Shown: positions 24,733-36,836 of the stretch, piece by piece
Position numbering within the stretch: the stretch's first letter is position 1
Layout of the letters: each line of letters opens with the position of its first letter
Source of the DNA: Malacoraja senta
Lineage: Eukaryota
DNA length: 64,000 bases
NCBI GenBank assembly: GCA_038087875.1
Contig: CM075990.1
Span: forward strand, 2,234,001 to 2,298,000
Reading direction: 5' to 3'
Notes under the pieces: model-generated
Seen by the model: the letters and a program-made list of their open reading frames with translations, nothing else
The model's database searches: none
Told to the model about the DNA's origin: nothing
Position numbers and translations under genes: made by a program

Positions 24733-25300
24733 GGACATAATGCTGAGGTTCTATAAGGCGCTGGTCAGACTGAATTTGGAGTATTGTGAGGAAATTTGGA
24801 CCCAACATTTGAGGAAGGATGTGCTGGCTCTGAAGAGGGTCCAGAGGAGGTTTACAAGAATGATCCCAGGAATGAGTGGGTTAACATATGATGAGCGTTT
24901 GTCGGCACTGGGCCTGTACTCGCTGGAGTTTAGAAGGATGAGGGGAAACCTCATTGAAACTTGAAAGAGTGGACGTGGAGAGGATGTTTCCACTAGTGGG
25001 AGAGTCTAGGACCAGAGGCCACAGCCTCAGAATAAAAGGATGTTCCTTTAGGAAGGAGACGAGGAGGAATCTCTTTAGTCAGAGGGTGGCGAATCTGTGG
25101 AATTCTTTGCCACAGAAGGTTATGGGGGCCTTCAAGGGATATTTTTAAGGCAGAGATGGATAGATCTTTGGTTAGTGCGGGTGTCAGGGGTTATGGGGAG
25201 AAGGCAGGAGAATGGGGTTGAGAGGACTAGATAGATCAGCCATGATTGAACGGAGGAGTAGACTTGATAGGCCGAATGGTCTCATTCTGCTCCTTGTGAA
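24733..25300 (+). mobile_element. CR1 3' fragment
   Basis: MLRFYKALVRLNLEYC...RVQRRFTRMIPG...LGLYSLEFRRMRG followed by the 3' UTR. Confidence 0.9.
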
Positions 25301-26502
25301 CATGAAAAGGTAACTCCATTCTTCGGCCAGCTGGGCTGGATCTGAAGGTTGGATTTGTTCCTGAGGGGTTAATCTGTGATTGTTCCTGCAGGTTCTATTT
25401 TTAGCCTGGCTGCCTCTTCCCACTGACACTTGTTTACCCTCTGACCTCGAGAGCTGTAAGCCTGGGGTTAAGCCCGTACAACTGTTGTGAGTGCAGGGTG
25501 GGATATTTCCGTTTGTCTTGCTCATAGCTCTGGGCAGGATCTCGACCCTGTCTGCAGCCTCCCAATTCAATCGAAGCCCCAACACTAATCTCCAGTTGTG
25601 CAGGAAGGAACTGCAGATGCTGGTTTAAACCGACCATTCCCCCTCACCTTAAACTGATGTCCTCTGATGGTATTTAATAAGATCTCTTTACATCTCTCTC
25701 CGCACACAAAAACAAAAGACAATTTCACTGTTGAACCAAAACACAGCAGATGTCATAGAGTCCTTCCCTCAAACTGGCAGCTGGACATTAGGAATAGGTG
25801 GCGTTTCGGGTCGAGACCACTCTTCAGTCTGACACTTCAGTTAAACACTTCAGTTGAACACTTTTTCACACAGAGAGTTGTGTCTGTGGAATTCTCTGCC
25901 TCAAAGGGCGGTGGAGGCCGGTTCTCTGGATACTTTCAAGAGAGAGTTGGATAGAGCTCTTAAAGATAGCGGAGTCAGGGGATATGGGGAGAAGGCAGGA
26001 ACGGGGTACTGATTGGGGATGATCAGCCATGATCACGTTGAATGGCGGTGCTGGCTTGAAGGGCCGAATGGCCTACTCTTGCACCTGTTCTCTATTCTCT
26101 CTTGACACTAAATGTTACCCGTAGTCAGGATTGAACCTGGGTCTCTGATGCTGCAAGATATCAACTCTTCCCTTTGCTCTACCTTGACTTTGGCTGGATT
26201 GTATTTATGTATAGTATTATCTGAGTTGATAGTGCAGCATGCAAACAATGTTTTTTACTGTACCTCAGTACACGTGACAATATGATCCTCAAGCTATATC
26301 GGCTGACTGATTGCAACACAATGTGCTGGAGTAACTCAGCGGGTCAGGCAGCATCTCTGGAGGACATGGTGGCATAGTAACGCAGCGGTAGAGTCGTTGC
26401 GTTACAGCGCCAGTGACCCAGGTTCGATCCTGACTACGGAGTTTATACGTTCTCCCCGTGGCCGGGTGGGTTTTCTTCGGGTTCCCCGGTTTCCTCCCAC
26501 AG

Positions 26503-27310
26503 GCTGGGTGCTGGGTGTTTGGTGTTAGGTGCTGGGTACTGGGTACTGGGTGCTGGGTGCTGGGTACTGGGTGCTGGGTGCTGGGTGCTGGGTACTAGGT
26601 GCTGTGTGCTGGGTGCTGGGTGTAGGGTGCTGTGTGTAGGGTGCTGTGTGTAGGGTGCTGTGTGTAGGGTGCTGTGTGTAGGATGCTGGGTGCTGTGTGT
26701 AGGGTGCTGTGTATAGGGTGCTGGGTGTTGTGTGTAAGGTGCTGTGTGTAGGGTGCAGGGTGCTGGGTGCTGGGTGCTGTGTGTAGGGTGCTGTGTAGGG
26801 TGCTGGGTGCTGTGTGTAGGGTGCTGGGTGCTAGGTGCTGGGTACTGGGTACTGGGTGCTGGGTGCTGTGTGTAGGGTGCTGTGTGTAGGGTGCTGTGTG
26901 TAGGGTGCTGTGTGTAGGGTGCTGGGTGCTGTGTGCTGGGTGCTGGGTGCTGTGTGTAGGGTGCTGGGTGCTGGGTGCTGTGTGTAGGGTGCTGTGTGTA
27001 GGGTGCTGGGCACTGGATACTGGGTGCTGGGTGCTGGGTGCTGTGTGTAGGGTGCTGGGTGTAGGGTGCTGGGTGCTGTGTGTAGGGTGCTGGGTGTAGG
27101 ATGCTGGGTGCTGTGTGTAGGGTGCTGGGTGCTGGGTGCTGGGTGCTGGGCGCTGGGTGTAGGGTGCTGGGTGCTGGGCGCTGGGTGTAGGGTGCTGGGT
27201 GCTGGGTACTGGGTGCTGGGTGCTGGGCACTGGGTGTAGGGTGCTGTGTGTAGGGGTGCTGTGTGTAGGGTGCTGGGTGCTGGGTACTGGGTACTGGGTG
27301 CTGGGTGCTG
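26503..27310. repeat. G-rich minisatellite of GGGTGCT (7-mer) and GGGTGCTGTGTGTA (14-mer) units
   Basis: Directly visible; source of the spurious PSTQHP/APYTQHP ORFs. Confidence 0.95.
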
Positions 27311-27444
27311 ACACCTCCAGTTACTGAATCCATCACTTTGCCAGCACAGTGCCCACACATTCCTGCTCCTCCCAGCCTCCTCCTGCCTCCCGGTCTGAGT
27401 CAACAGTTTCACATTTAAAAAGCAAAGTGTGACGGCTCGACATG

Positions 27445-28050
27445 GAGGAAGGAACTGCAGATGCTGGTTCACACTGAAGATAAACACAAGATGCTGGAGT
27501 AACTTGGACAGTGTGGACAAGTTGGACCGAAGGGCCTGTTTCCATGCTGTAGCACTCGATGACTCAGCGGGACAGGCAGCATCTCTGGAGAATAGGAATA
27601 GGTGGCGATTCGGGTCGAGACCTTTCTTCAGACTGAGAGTCAGTGGAAAGGAAAAGGAGAGATATTGAAGGTACACAGAACAAGTGAATGAAAGATAAGC
27701 AAAAAGCAACGATGATCTAGGAAATGTGGAGCCCACAATGGTCCATTGTTGGCTGTGTGCTGGGTGATAACAAGTTATACAGACAGTGGAACTCAACAGG
27801 ACCACAGTGAAACTAGTAGACGACTAGGGTGGGGGAGGGATGGAGAGAGAGAGGGGGGTGCAAGGGTTACTTGAAGTTAGAGCAGTCAATGTTCATACCG
27901 CTGGGGTGTAAATTGTCCAAGGGGAATATGATGAGGTGGCGTTCCTCCAATCTGCGTGTGGCCTCACTCTGACAGTGGAGGAGGCCCTGGCCAGAAAGGT
28001 CAGTGTGGGAATGGGAGGGGGAGTTAAAGTGTTTGGCAACCGGGAGATTG
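27445..28050 (-). mobile_element. Penelope-like element 3' fragment
   Basis: Minus ORF LPVAKHFNSPSHSHTDLSGQGLLHCQSEATRRLEERHL (GIY-YIG end), followed by UTR and a degenerate hammerhead at ~27600-27633. Confidence 0.75.
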
Positions 28051-29418
28051 CAAAGGCAAGATGGACTGAACATTGCCAGGAATGTTAGCTTCTGCGAGTC
28101 CTCTGTGATGCCCGGACAGAAACACCTCCAGTTATGACCAAGTGTAGATGCTGGGTGGTACACAAAAAGACACAAAGCGGCCGGAATAACTCAGCGGGTC
28201 AGGTGGCATCTCTGGATGTCCCCAGTGTGTAGGGAGTGGATGAGAAAGTGGGATAACGTGGAACGATAGCGGCACGGTGGCGCAGCGGTAGAGTTGCTGC
28301 TTTACAGCGCCAGAGACCCAGGTTCGATCCTGACTCCAGGTATTGAGTGTACGGAGTAAGTTTGTACGTTCCCCCGTGACCTGCATGGGTTTTCCCCGGG
28401 TAGCTCCGGTTTCCTCACACGCTCCAAAGACGCGCAGGTTTGCAGATTTATTTGCCGTTGTGTGTGTAGAGGATGAAGCTAGTGTACGGGGATCGCTGGT
28501 CAGCACAGACTCGGTGGGCCGAAGGGCCTGTTTCCATGCAGTATCTCTAAACTGAACTAAACCAGTGTGAACAGGTTATTGATGGTCACCATGGACTCAG
28601 TGGATTGTAAGGACTGTTTCTCCAGCACTTTGTGTTTTTCTCCTCTCCAGATCCTCTCAGACTCTTGCCTCTGCCTCCTTGCTCCAAGTTGTGGAGGAAC
28701 TCTGTGTGTCAGGCAGCATCTGTGGATAGACTAGACAGGCAATGTTTCGGGTTGGGGCTAAAGCCATACGGTGTTGAAACAGGCCCTTTGCCCAACTCGT
28801 CCACGACCGCAATCATGCCCCATCTACACTAGTCCCACCCGTGTGTGTTTGCCCCCATATCCCTCTATACCTGTCCTATCCATGTACCTGTCTAAATGTT
28901 TCTTAAACATTGCAATAGTCCCTGCCTGAACTACCTCCTCCGGCAGCTCGTTCCATACACCCACCACCCTTTGCGTGAAAAAGTTAACCCTTAGAATTCT
29001 GTAAAATCTTTCTCCCCTCACCTTAAAACGATGCCCTGTGGTTTTTAATTCCCCAACTCTGGGCAAGAGATTCTGTGCGTCCACCCGATCTATTCCTCTC
29101 ATGATTTTGTACAAATTTATACGACTCAACTACCTCCTCCTGCAGCGCGTTCCGTACTTCTACTGGACTTTGTGTAAAAAAAGTTGCCCCTCAGTTTCCT
29201 ATTAAATCTTCCCCCCCCCCCCTCACCTTAAACCTGTGCCCTCTGGTTTTAGATTCCCTACTCTGGGCAAAAGCCTCTGTATATTCAATCTTCACACTGG
29301 GTTGAATTATCGCCCGTCCATTCCCTGCCCAGATGTGGCCTGACCCACTGTTCCTCCAGCATTTTGTGTTCAGGACAGAGGGATGATCCACATCTCTCTG
29401 TTCCCTATCTCCTGCCTC

Positions 29419-29452
29419 GGTCTGAAGAAGGGTCTCGACCCGAAACGTCACC
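29419..29452 (+). ncRNA. Minimal Penelope-type hammerhead ribozyme motif (best-preserved copy)
   Basis: GGU-CUGAAGA-A-GGGU(CUCG)ACCC-GAAA-CG-UC-ACC: intact core, stem II, 3-bp stem I, loopless palindromic stem III (ACGU). Confidence 0.65.
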
Positions 29453-29563
29453 CATTCCTTCTCTCCAGAGATGCCGCCTGCCCCACTGAGTTCCCCCGGC
29501 TTTTGGCATCTATGGAGGGAGGATCAACTGATTAACAGAGAGCAGGGAATTACGAGTCTCAAG

Positions 29564-29769
29564 ACAGACACAAAACGCTGGAGTAACTCAGCGGGACAGG
29601 CAGCATCTATGGAGAGAAGGAATGGGTGACGTTTCTGGTCGAGACCCTCCTTCAGAAGTGTCACCCATTCCTTCTCTCCAGAGATGCTGCCTGTCCCGCT
29701 GAGTTACTCCAGCATTTTGTGTCTATCTTCGGTGTAAACCAGCATCTGCAGTTCCTTCCTACACATGAT
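29564..29769. mobile_element. Penelope-derived foldback insertion
   Basis: 65-nt arms 29566-29630 and 29660-29724; 10-bp TSD GAGTCTCAAG (29554-29563, 29770-29779). Confidence 0.8.
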
Positions 29770-30156
29770 GAGTCTCAAGTTGTAAGCAGCATTTAATTGA
29801 GTGTCACAGTGATCTGTGCTGTAATCTCAACCACTGGCAATCTCTATTACACATGGTTAATTGCAAACCATATTAGAATATATTACTTACACATGGCGAT
29901 TTGCTATTTATATTGGACTATTTGCAATCTATATTGCATGCTGCAATGTGTAATTTATATTGCATTCTCTTATTTGCAATTTATTTTACATGTGACTATT
30001 TGCAATTCATATTTTAGTGGACGACTTGCTATTTGCAATTTATATTGCACTGCGGTTATTTAGAAAGTTAATTATTCAATGCTGTGATGGTACTCAATGT
30101 ATTCTGGCCAAGTTTGCAAACAGTACAAACTTAGACAGAAAGGCAACATAGACGAG

Positions 30157-30472
30157 GGCGGTCGCGGTGGCGCAGCGGTAGAGTTGCTGCCTTACAGCGT
30201 TTGCAGCGCCAGAGACCCAGGTTCGATCCCGACTACGGGTGCTGTCTGTACGGAGTTTGTACGTTCTCCCCGTGACCGCGTGGGTTTTCTCCGAGATCTT
30301 CGGTTTCCTCCTACACTCCAAAGGCGTACAGGTTTGTTGGTTAATTGGGTTGGTGTATGTGTAAATTGTCCCTAGTGTGTGTAGGATAGTGTTAATGTGC
30401 GGGGATAGCTGGTCGGTGCGGACACGGTGGGCCATGAAGGGCCTGTTTCCGCGCTGAATCTCTAAACTAAAC
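30157..30472 (+). mobile_element. V-SINE (HE1-like), full length, tail-to-tail with a minus copy at ~30495-30745
   Basis: A box TGGCGCAGCGG, B box GGTTCGATCCC, V domain, (CTAAA)n tail. Confidence 0.92.
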
Positions 30473-33400
30473 TTAATTAAACCAAATATTAAGGTTCAGT
30501 TTAGGTTCAGAGATACAACGTGGAAACAGGCCCTTCGGCCCACCGAGTCCGTACACTAGTGTGATGTTATCCCGCTTTCTCATCCTGTACACTAGGAGCA
30601 ATTTACAGAAGCCAATTAATCTACAAACCTGTACATCTTTAGAGTGTGGGAGGAAACCGGTGTACCCGGAGAAAACCCACGTGGTCACAGGGAGAACCTG
30701 CAAACTCCGTACAGGCAGCACCCGTAGACAGGATTGAATCTGGGTCTCTCCTCTCTTGATCTTACACATTTTGGTCCTTGCCTTTGGCCACTGGTTGGGA
30801 TTTGGTGTCAGTGAAATACCGTGTTTGGCCGTGTACAGTGGGTGTTGATGTGGGTGTGTACCTGGGGTGATTGTTGGTCTGCGTGGACTCATTCTTGCTA
30901 TAGACGCACGCACATACCGTTGACAGTGGGGGAGCTAGGCATCATTTTGTTGCACTGTCCGTCATTCCCATCACTCTTCCCATGGGATCACCCATGTATC
31001 CTGACTCATGTTTTTCTTTCCCCCGACCAAATCTGGTGAAGTTGCTGCCTCACAGCGCCAGAGACCCGAGTTCAATCCTGACTACGGGTGCTGTCTGTAT
31101 GGAGTTTGCACGTTCTCCCCGTGACCTGCGTGGGTTTTCACCGAGATCTTCGGTTTTTCCGCACACTCCAAAGACGTGCAGGTTTGTTTGTTAATAGGCT
31201 TGGTGTATGTGTAAATTGTCCCTAGTGTGTGTAGGATAGTGTTGGTGTGTGGGGATCGTTGGTCGGTGCGGACTCGGTGGGCCGAAGGGGCCTGTTTCTG
31301 CGCTGTATCTCTAAACCAAACTAAACCTTAACATTTCTGTGCCTTCCTCTAATTTGCCTTTCCGGCTACGATTTTACTGCTTGCAGTAACTTGGCTGGAA
31401 TCCACTTACTCCCTTCATCGAAGTAACTAATGGGGGAAAAGCCGGAACGGAGTACCGATTGTGGATGATCAGCCATGATCATATTGAATGGCAGGACTGG
31501 CTTGCAGGGCCGAATGGCCTACTCCTGCACCTATTTTCTATGTTTATATAATATACTTACCAATTGACCACACGTAATATAGATCGTGAATAGCAGCATA
31601 TCATTTACAAATAGTCAAATAAAATATAAACTACATAGCCACATGTAATATCAATTGCAAATAATAGTCTGTAATATAGATTAACTGTTTAATTAACTCC
31701 ATTAAGCGTTCACGGTTATTCATTAGTCTGAAGGTACACACAATGCTCATAGTTGGTTCCATCAGTCAGTCTAATAGATCACTTTGTGAATGTGGAACAA
31801 GTGTTTTAATCGAAGTGAGTGGTTGCAGCATTTCCTCCCTTCTGCACACACTGAGAGAAGGCTTTGTGACTGGCTTTGTGCAGCTGTGGGCAAGGTGTAT
31901 TTGATCATTCACTGAAAGGTATTCTTCAGCGTAGCTAATGTACATGACCTGAAGTGGTTATATCATTAATTTAAACTGAGCACTGTAGAATGGACAACCT
32001 GACCCAGGAGAGATAATTTCTTCAGTCTGAAGGAGGGGTCTCGACCTATCAGCGTCCTTCAAAATGGCTGATCACTGGCCCTTTTAGTTTGTGACCACTT
32101 CATTTGGAAATAACAAAATTCAGAAGGCATAGCTTTAGAGGGAGAGAGCTTAAAGGAGATGTCCAGGGCAAGTCTTACACACACACACACACGCAGTGGG
32201 GGAGTGCCTAGAACACACTGCCAAGGCTGGTAGAGGAAGCAGATACAATAGCGGGATTTAAAAGGCTTTTAGAAACATACGTGGATATTGAAGGAATGGA
32301 TCTCGTGCCGGCAGTGGAGACTAGTTTAACTTGGCATCCTGCAGATGTTCTACTAATCGGTGGTGGCCAGTGCCATCTTCTTCACTGCCGTGTGCCGGGG
32401 GCAGCAGGGCGAAGGCTGCGGACGCCAACAGAATCAACAAGCTCATCACGAAGGCTGGCTCCGTCCTGGGGGCGGTTGGATAAGTTCATAACTGATAGGA
32501 TTAGGCTATTCTGCCCATCAAGTCAATTCTGCCATTCAATCATGACTGATCTATCTCTCCCTCTTAACCCCATTCTCCTGCCTTCTCCCCATAACCCCTG
32601 ACACCCGCACTAATCAAGAACCTATCTGTCTGTTAAAAACATCCATTGACTTGGCCTGCACAGCCGTCTGTGGCAATGAATTCCACAGATTCACCACCCT
32701 CTGACTAAAATTCATCCTCATCTCCTTCCTAAAGGAACATCCTTTAATTCTGAGGCCCTGACCTCTGGTCCTAGACTCTCCCATGAGTGGAAACATCCTC
32801 TCCACATCCACTCTATCGAGGCCTGTACAGATGTACTGGAATAACTCAGCTGGTCAGCAGCCTCTGTGGAGGGAACGGATTGGTGACGTTTCAGGTCAGA
32901 ATATTATTGTCATGTGTACCGAGGTACAGTGAAAAGCAGTTTTGTTTGCTGCATGCTCTCCTGTTATTGAATGTAAACGGGTAGATTTGAAGGCAGAGAT
33001 AGATAGAATCTTGATTAGTCATGGAGTCAGGAGTTATGGGGAGAAGGCAGGGGGGTGGGGTTAGGAGCGGAAGATAGATCAGCCATGGCAGAGTAAACCT
33101 GATGGGCCAAATGTCCCAATCATGCTCCTATCATTTATGAACCGATGAACTAGATTTTTATCCAGGAAGTGACCTTGACCAGTTGGTAAGATGGGCATAG
33201 CTGTGGCGGATGGAGTTTAATCTTGAAAAATGTGTGGTGTTACGAGGACAAATAAAGCTAGGAAATGCTTAATGAATGAGGAGAAGGCAGGAGAACGGGG
33301 TTGCGAGGGAAAAATACATCAGTCGTGATTGAATGGCGGAGTAGACTCGATGGGCTGAATGGCCCAATTCTGCTCATATGTCTCGTGGAGTCACAGGGCA

Positions 33401-33618
33401 ATCTAAAGTACTGAGGGGCAGAGCGATCTTGATGTATGCAGTCATAGAGAGATACAGCAGGGAAATAGGCCCTTCAGCCCACTGGTTCTGTTCCGACCAT
33501 CAAGCACCCATATATGCCCACGTGCTGGTGAATAATGTTCCGAGTGTCTACCCTATCTACTTCTCTCATAATTGGATACATTTCCATCAGGTCTCCCCTC
33601 AGCCTCTGACACTGCAGT

Positions 33619-34083
33619 GATGGCGGGACTGTCATATGCTGAGAGAATGGAGCAGCTGGGCTTGTACACTCCGGAGTTTAGAAGGATGAGAGGGTATCTC
33701 ATTGAAACATATAAGATTGTTAAGGGCTTGGACACGCTAGAGGCAGGAAACATGTTCCCGATGTTGGGGGAGTCCAGAACCAGGGGCCACAGTTTAAGAA
33801 TAAGGACTAAGCCATTTAGAACGGAGACGAGGAAACACTATTTCTCACAGAGAGTGGTGAGTTTGTGGAATTCTCTGCCTCACAGGGTGGTGGAGGCAGG
33901 TTCTCTGGATACTTTCAAGAGAGAGCTAGATAGGGCTCTTAAAAATTGCGGAGTCAGGGGATAGGGGGAGAAGGCAGGAACGGGGTACTGATTGGGGATG
34001 ATCAGCCATGATCACATTGAATGGCGGTGCTGGCTCGAAGGGCCAAATGGCCTACTCCTGCACCTATTGTCTATTGTCTATTG
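33619..34083 (+). mobile_element. Young CR1 3' fragment, (CTATTGT)n tail
   Basis: Open frame MAGLSYAERMEQLGLYTPEFRRMRGYLIETYK...LWNSLP...FKRELDRAL. Confidence 0.92.
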
Positions 34084-35570
34084 ATATAGAGCGGAAACAG
34101 GCCCTTCGGCCCACCGAGTCCATCCAACCGACGATACCCACACACTAACACTATCCTACACACACTGGGGCAATTTGCATTAATTCCAAGCCAACTAGCC
34201 TGCCAACCTGCTTGTCTTTGGAGTGTGGGAGAAAACCGGAGCACCCGGGGAAAACCCACGCGGTCGTAGAACAAACTTTGTACACACAGCACCCATAGTC
34301 AGGATCGAACCCGGGTCTCGGGCGCTGTGAGGTAGCAACTCTACCGCTGCGCCACCGTGCTGCCTTAGCAGGGCAATAAATTGGGACCTTATGGTCCTGT
34401 CTGTGCATCTTGGAAATGCAGAGTCAATAAAATAGCATGTGATCTGCAGCAAACGCAAACCTGTGCCTTGGTTATAAGCAGAGTGAGTGATGGCTGCATA
34501 ACGGTCTCGGGGGTTCAAAGTTCACAAGTCATAGGAGTAGGATTAGGCCATTCAGCCCATCAAATCTACTCTGCCATTCAATCACGCCTGAACTATCTCT
34601 CCCTCTCAACCCCATTCTCCCCATAACCCTTAACACCCAGGCCAATAGAGGTCAATGGCTGCTCTCACTTGTAAATGACTGGGAGTTATTTAGTCTGGAC
34701 AGAGTGGATGTGGAGAGGATGTTTCCACTAGTGAAAGAGTCCAGGACCAGAGGTCATAGCCTCAGAACGAAAGGGCGTACCTTCTTTAGTCAGAGGGTGG
34801 TGAGTCTGTGGAATTCTTTGCCACAGATGGCTGTGGAGGCCAAGTCAATGGATATGTGTAAGGCCGAGATAAATGCGTGGATTCTTTGCCACAGAAGGCT
34901 GTGGAGGCCAAGTCAATGGATATTTTTAAGGTAGGGATGGATAGATTCTTGATTAGTACGGGTGTCAGGGGTTACGGGGAGAAGGCAGGAGAATGGGGTC
35001 GAGAGGGAAAGATAGATCAGCCATGATTGAATGGCGGAGTAGACATGATGGGCCGAATGGCCTAATTCTGCTCCTCTCACATGAACTGATGAACTTACAA
35101 ACCTTTGTCACAAACCCCCTTCTATTCACGATACTTAAGATGCATATAACCCTGCCTTTTATTGTGAGAAGCGTCAGAAGGTTCTTCGGGCTTATTGTGA
35201 GAACGTGGAGTTGCTTTGGATTGTGCCCTTTTGTGTTATGTATTGTGTTTGTTGTAAAATTAACTTTGTCGTGAGCACAGCCTCCAGTTATTGACACGCT
35301 GCCAAAAGACTCACGTTCCACAAAGAGACAGCTTCAGTCTCACTGGGAACTTGTGTCGAGGGAGGAATCCATCTAACTTTTCATCTCAATGATCCTTCAA
35401 TGAAATCGTTCTGTTGCCGCAGATAATGCAGATCACAGTAAATTAATCTTGTCTGTTAGACTTTAGACTTTAGACAGAAGATAGACACAAAAAGCTGGAG
35501 TAGCTCAGCAGGACAGGCAGCATCTCTGGAGAGAAGGAATGGGTGACTTTTTGAGTCGGGTCTGAAGAAG

Positions 35571-36031
35571 ATTCAGGATTCAAGATTCAAGAGAGTTTAT
35601 TGTCATGTGTCCCAGATAGGACAATTCTTGCTTTGCTTCAGCACAACAGAACATAGTAGGCATTGAATACAGAACAGATCAGTGTGTCCATATACCATAA
35701 TATAAATATATATACACATGAATAAATAAACTGATAAAGTGCAAATAACAGATAATGGGTTATTAATAATCAGAGTTTTGTCCGAGCCAGGTTTAATAGC
35801 CTGATGGCTGTGGGGAAGTAGGTATTCCTGAACCTGGTCGTTGCAGTCTTCAGGCTCCTGTACCTTCTACCTGAAGGTAGCAGGGAGATGAGTGTGTGGC
35901 CAGGATGGTGTGGGTCCTTGATGATGCTGCCAGCCTTTTTGAGTCAGCGACTGCGATAGATCCCCTTGATGGTAGAGAGGTCAGAGCCGATGATGGACTG
36001 GGCAGTGTTTACTACTTTTTGTAGTCTTTTC
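35571..36031 (-). mobile_element. Rex1/Babar-type LINE 3' fragment inserted in a Penelope hammerhead motif
   Basis: Minus strand KRLQKVVNTAQSIIG...IIKDPHHPGHTLISLLPSGRRYRSL...FPTAIRLLN; (TCTTGAA)n tail; AAGAAG duplication (35565-35570, 36032-36037). Confidence 0.85.
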
Positions 36032-36115
36032 AAGAAGGGTCTTGACCCGAAATGTCACCCATTCCTTCTCTCCAGAGATGCTGCCTGACCCGCTGAGTTA
36101 CTCCAGCATTTTGTG

Positions 36116-36153
<38 letters not shown>

Positions 36154-36204
36154 CACAAGGTTTATGCGGAAATTTCCTCAGCATTGATGGCAGAAAGTCA
36201 CCTC

Positions 36205-36520
36205 CGTCACGGTGGTGCAGCGGTAGAGTTGCTGCCTTACAGCGAATGCAGCTCCGGAGACCCGGGTTCGCGATCCCGACTATGGGTGCTGTCTGTACGG
36301 AGTTTGCATGCTCGCCCTCTTCTGCGTGTGGTTTCTCCGAGATCTTCGTTTTCCACCCACATTCCAAAGACGTACAGGTTTGTAGGTTAATTGGCTTGGT
36401 AAATGTAAAAATTGTCTCCAGTGGGTGTAGGATGGTGTTAATGTGTGGGGGTCGCTGGTCGGCGCGGACCCGGTGGGCCGAAGGGCCTGTTTCCGCTCTG
36501 TATCTCTAAACTAAACTAAA
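36205..36520 (+). mobile_element. V-SINE immediately upstream of the candidate promoter
   Basis: A and B boxes, V domain, (CTAAA)n tail. Confidence 0.9.
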
Positions 36521-36660
36521 CTCAACCCCTGCAGTTGTAGCTGTTCTCAGCGGAGTCAGAACTGTCAGCACATGAGATCACCCCCCGTCATTAGTCTAAC
36601 TCGGAACACGGGCCATCGGACACTCAAGATGCCCCGTTGGAGCAGAGCTGAATTAGACCA

Positions 36661-36712
36661 GCCCGCGGGAGGGGCTGAGGTATTTAAAGTGGGCAGCCGT
36701 GGGCAGCGACTG
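36661..36712 (+). promoter_or_regulatory. Candidate Pol II core promoter (GC box + TATA) for an alternative SORBS1 first exon
   Basis: GCGGGAGGGGC followed by TATTTAAA (36681-36688); expected start ~36709-36712; ATG at 36805 and donor at 36837. Confidence 0.6.
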
Positions 36713-36804
36713 TCAAAGTCTCACATGCAAGGGATCGTGGCAACAGCTCCCGAGTGCTGGACACCTTGTTCCCAGAGCTGGGGGTTGCAGACACTGGAGA
36801 AGAA

Positions 36805-36836
36805 ATGCCTCCTTTAACCGAAAAACTTGAACCAAG
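36805..36836 (+). CDS. SORBS1: SORBS1 alternative first coding exon (MPPLTEKLEP + AG, phase 2)
   Basis: Downstream of the TATA box; donor AAG|GTAACA; joins in frame to 50542 (AG|G = Arg). Confidence 0.65.

Noticed and set aside
26443..27805. Mucin- or extensin-like PSTQHP proteins
   Set aside because: Minisatellite translation, open in all three minus frames, with no splice or signal context.
30157..30235. tRNA genes
   Set aside because: The A/B-box heads continue into the V-SINE body and do not give a full cloverleaf.
31790..31820. Possible extra first exon MWNKCFNR with AA|GTGAGT donor (similar donor at ~39070)
   Set aside because: Phase 1 is incompatible with the 50542 exon, there is no clear promoter, and such motifs occur by chance. 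Unresolved without RNA data.
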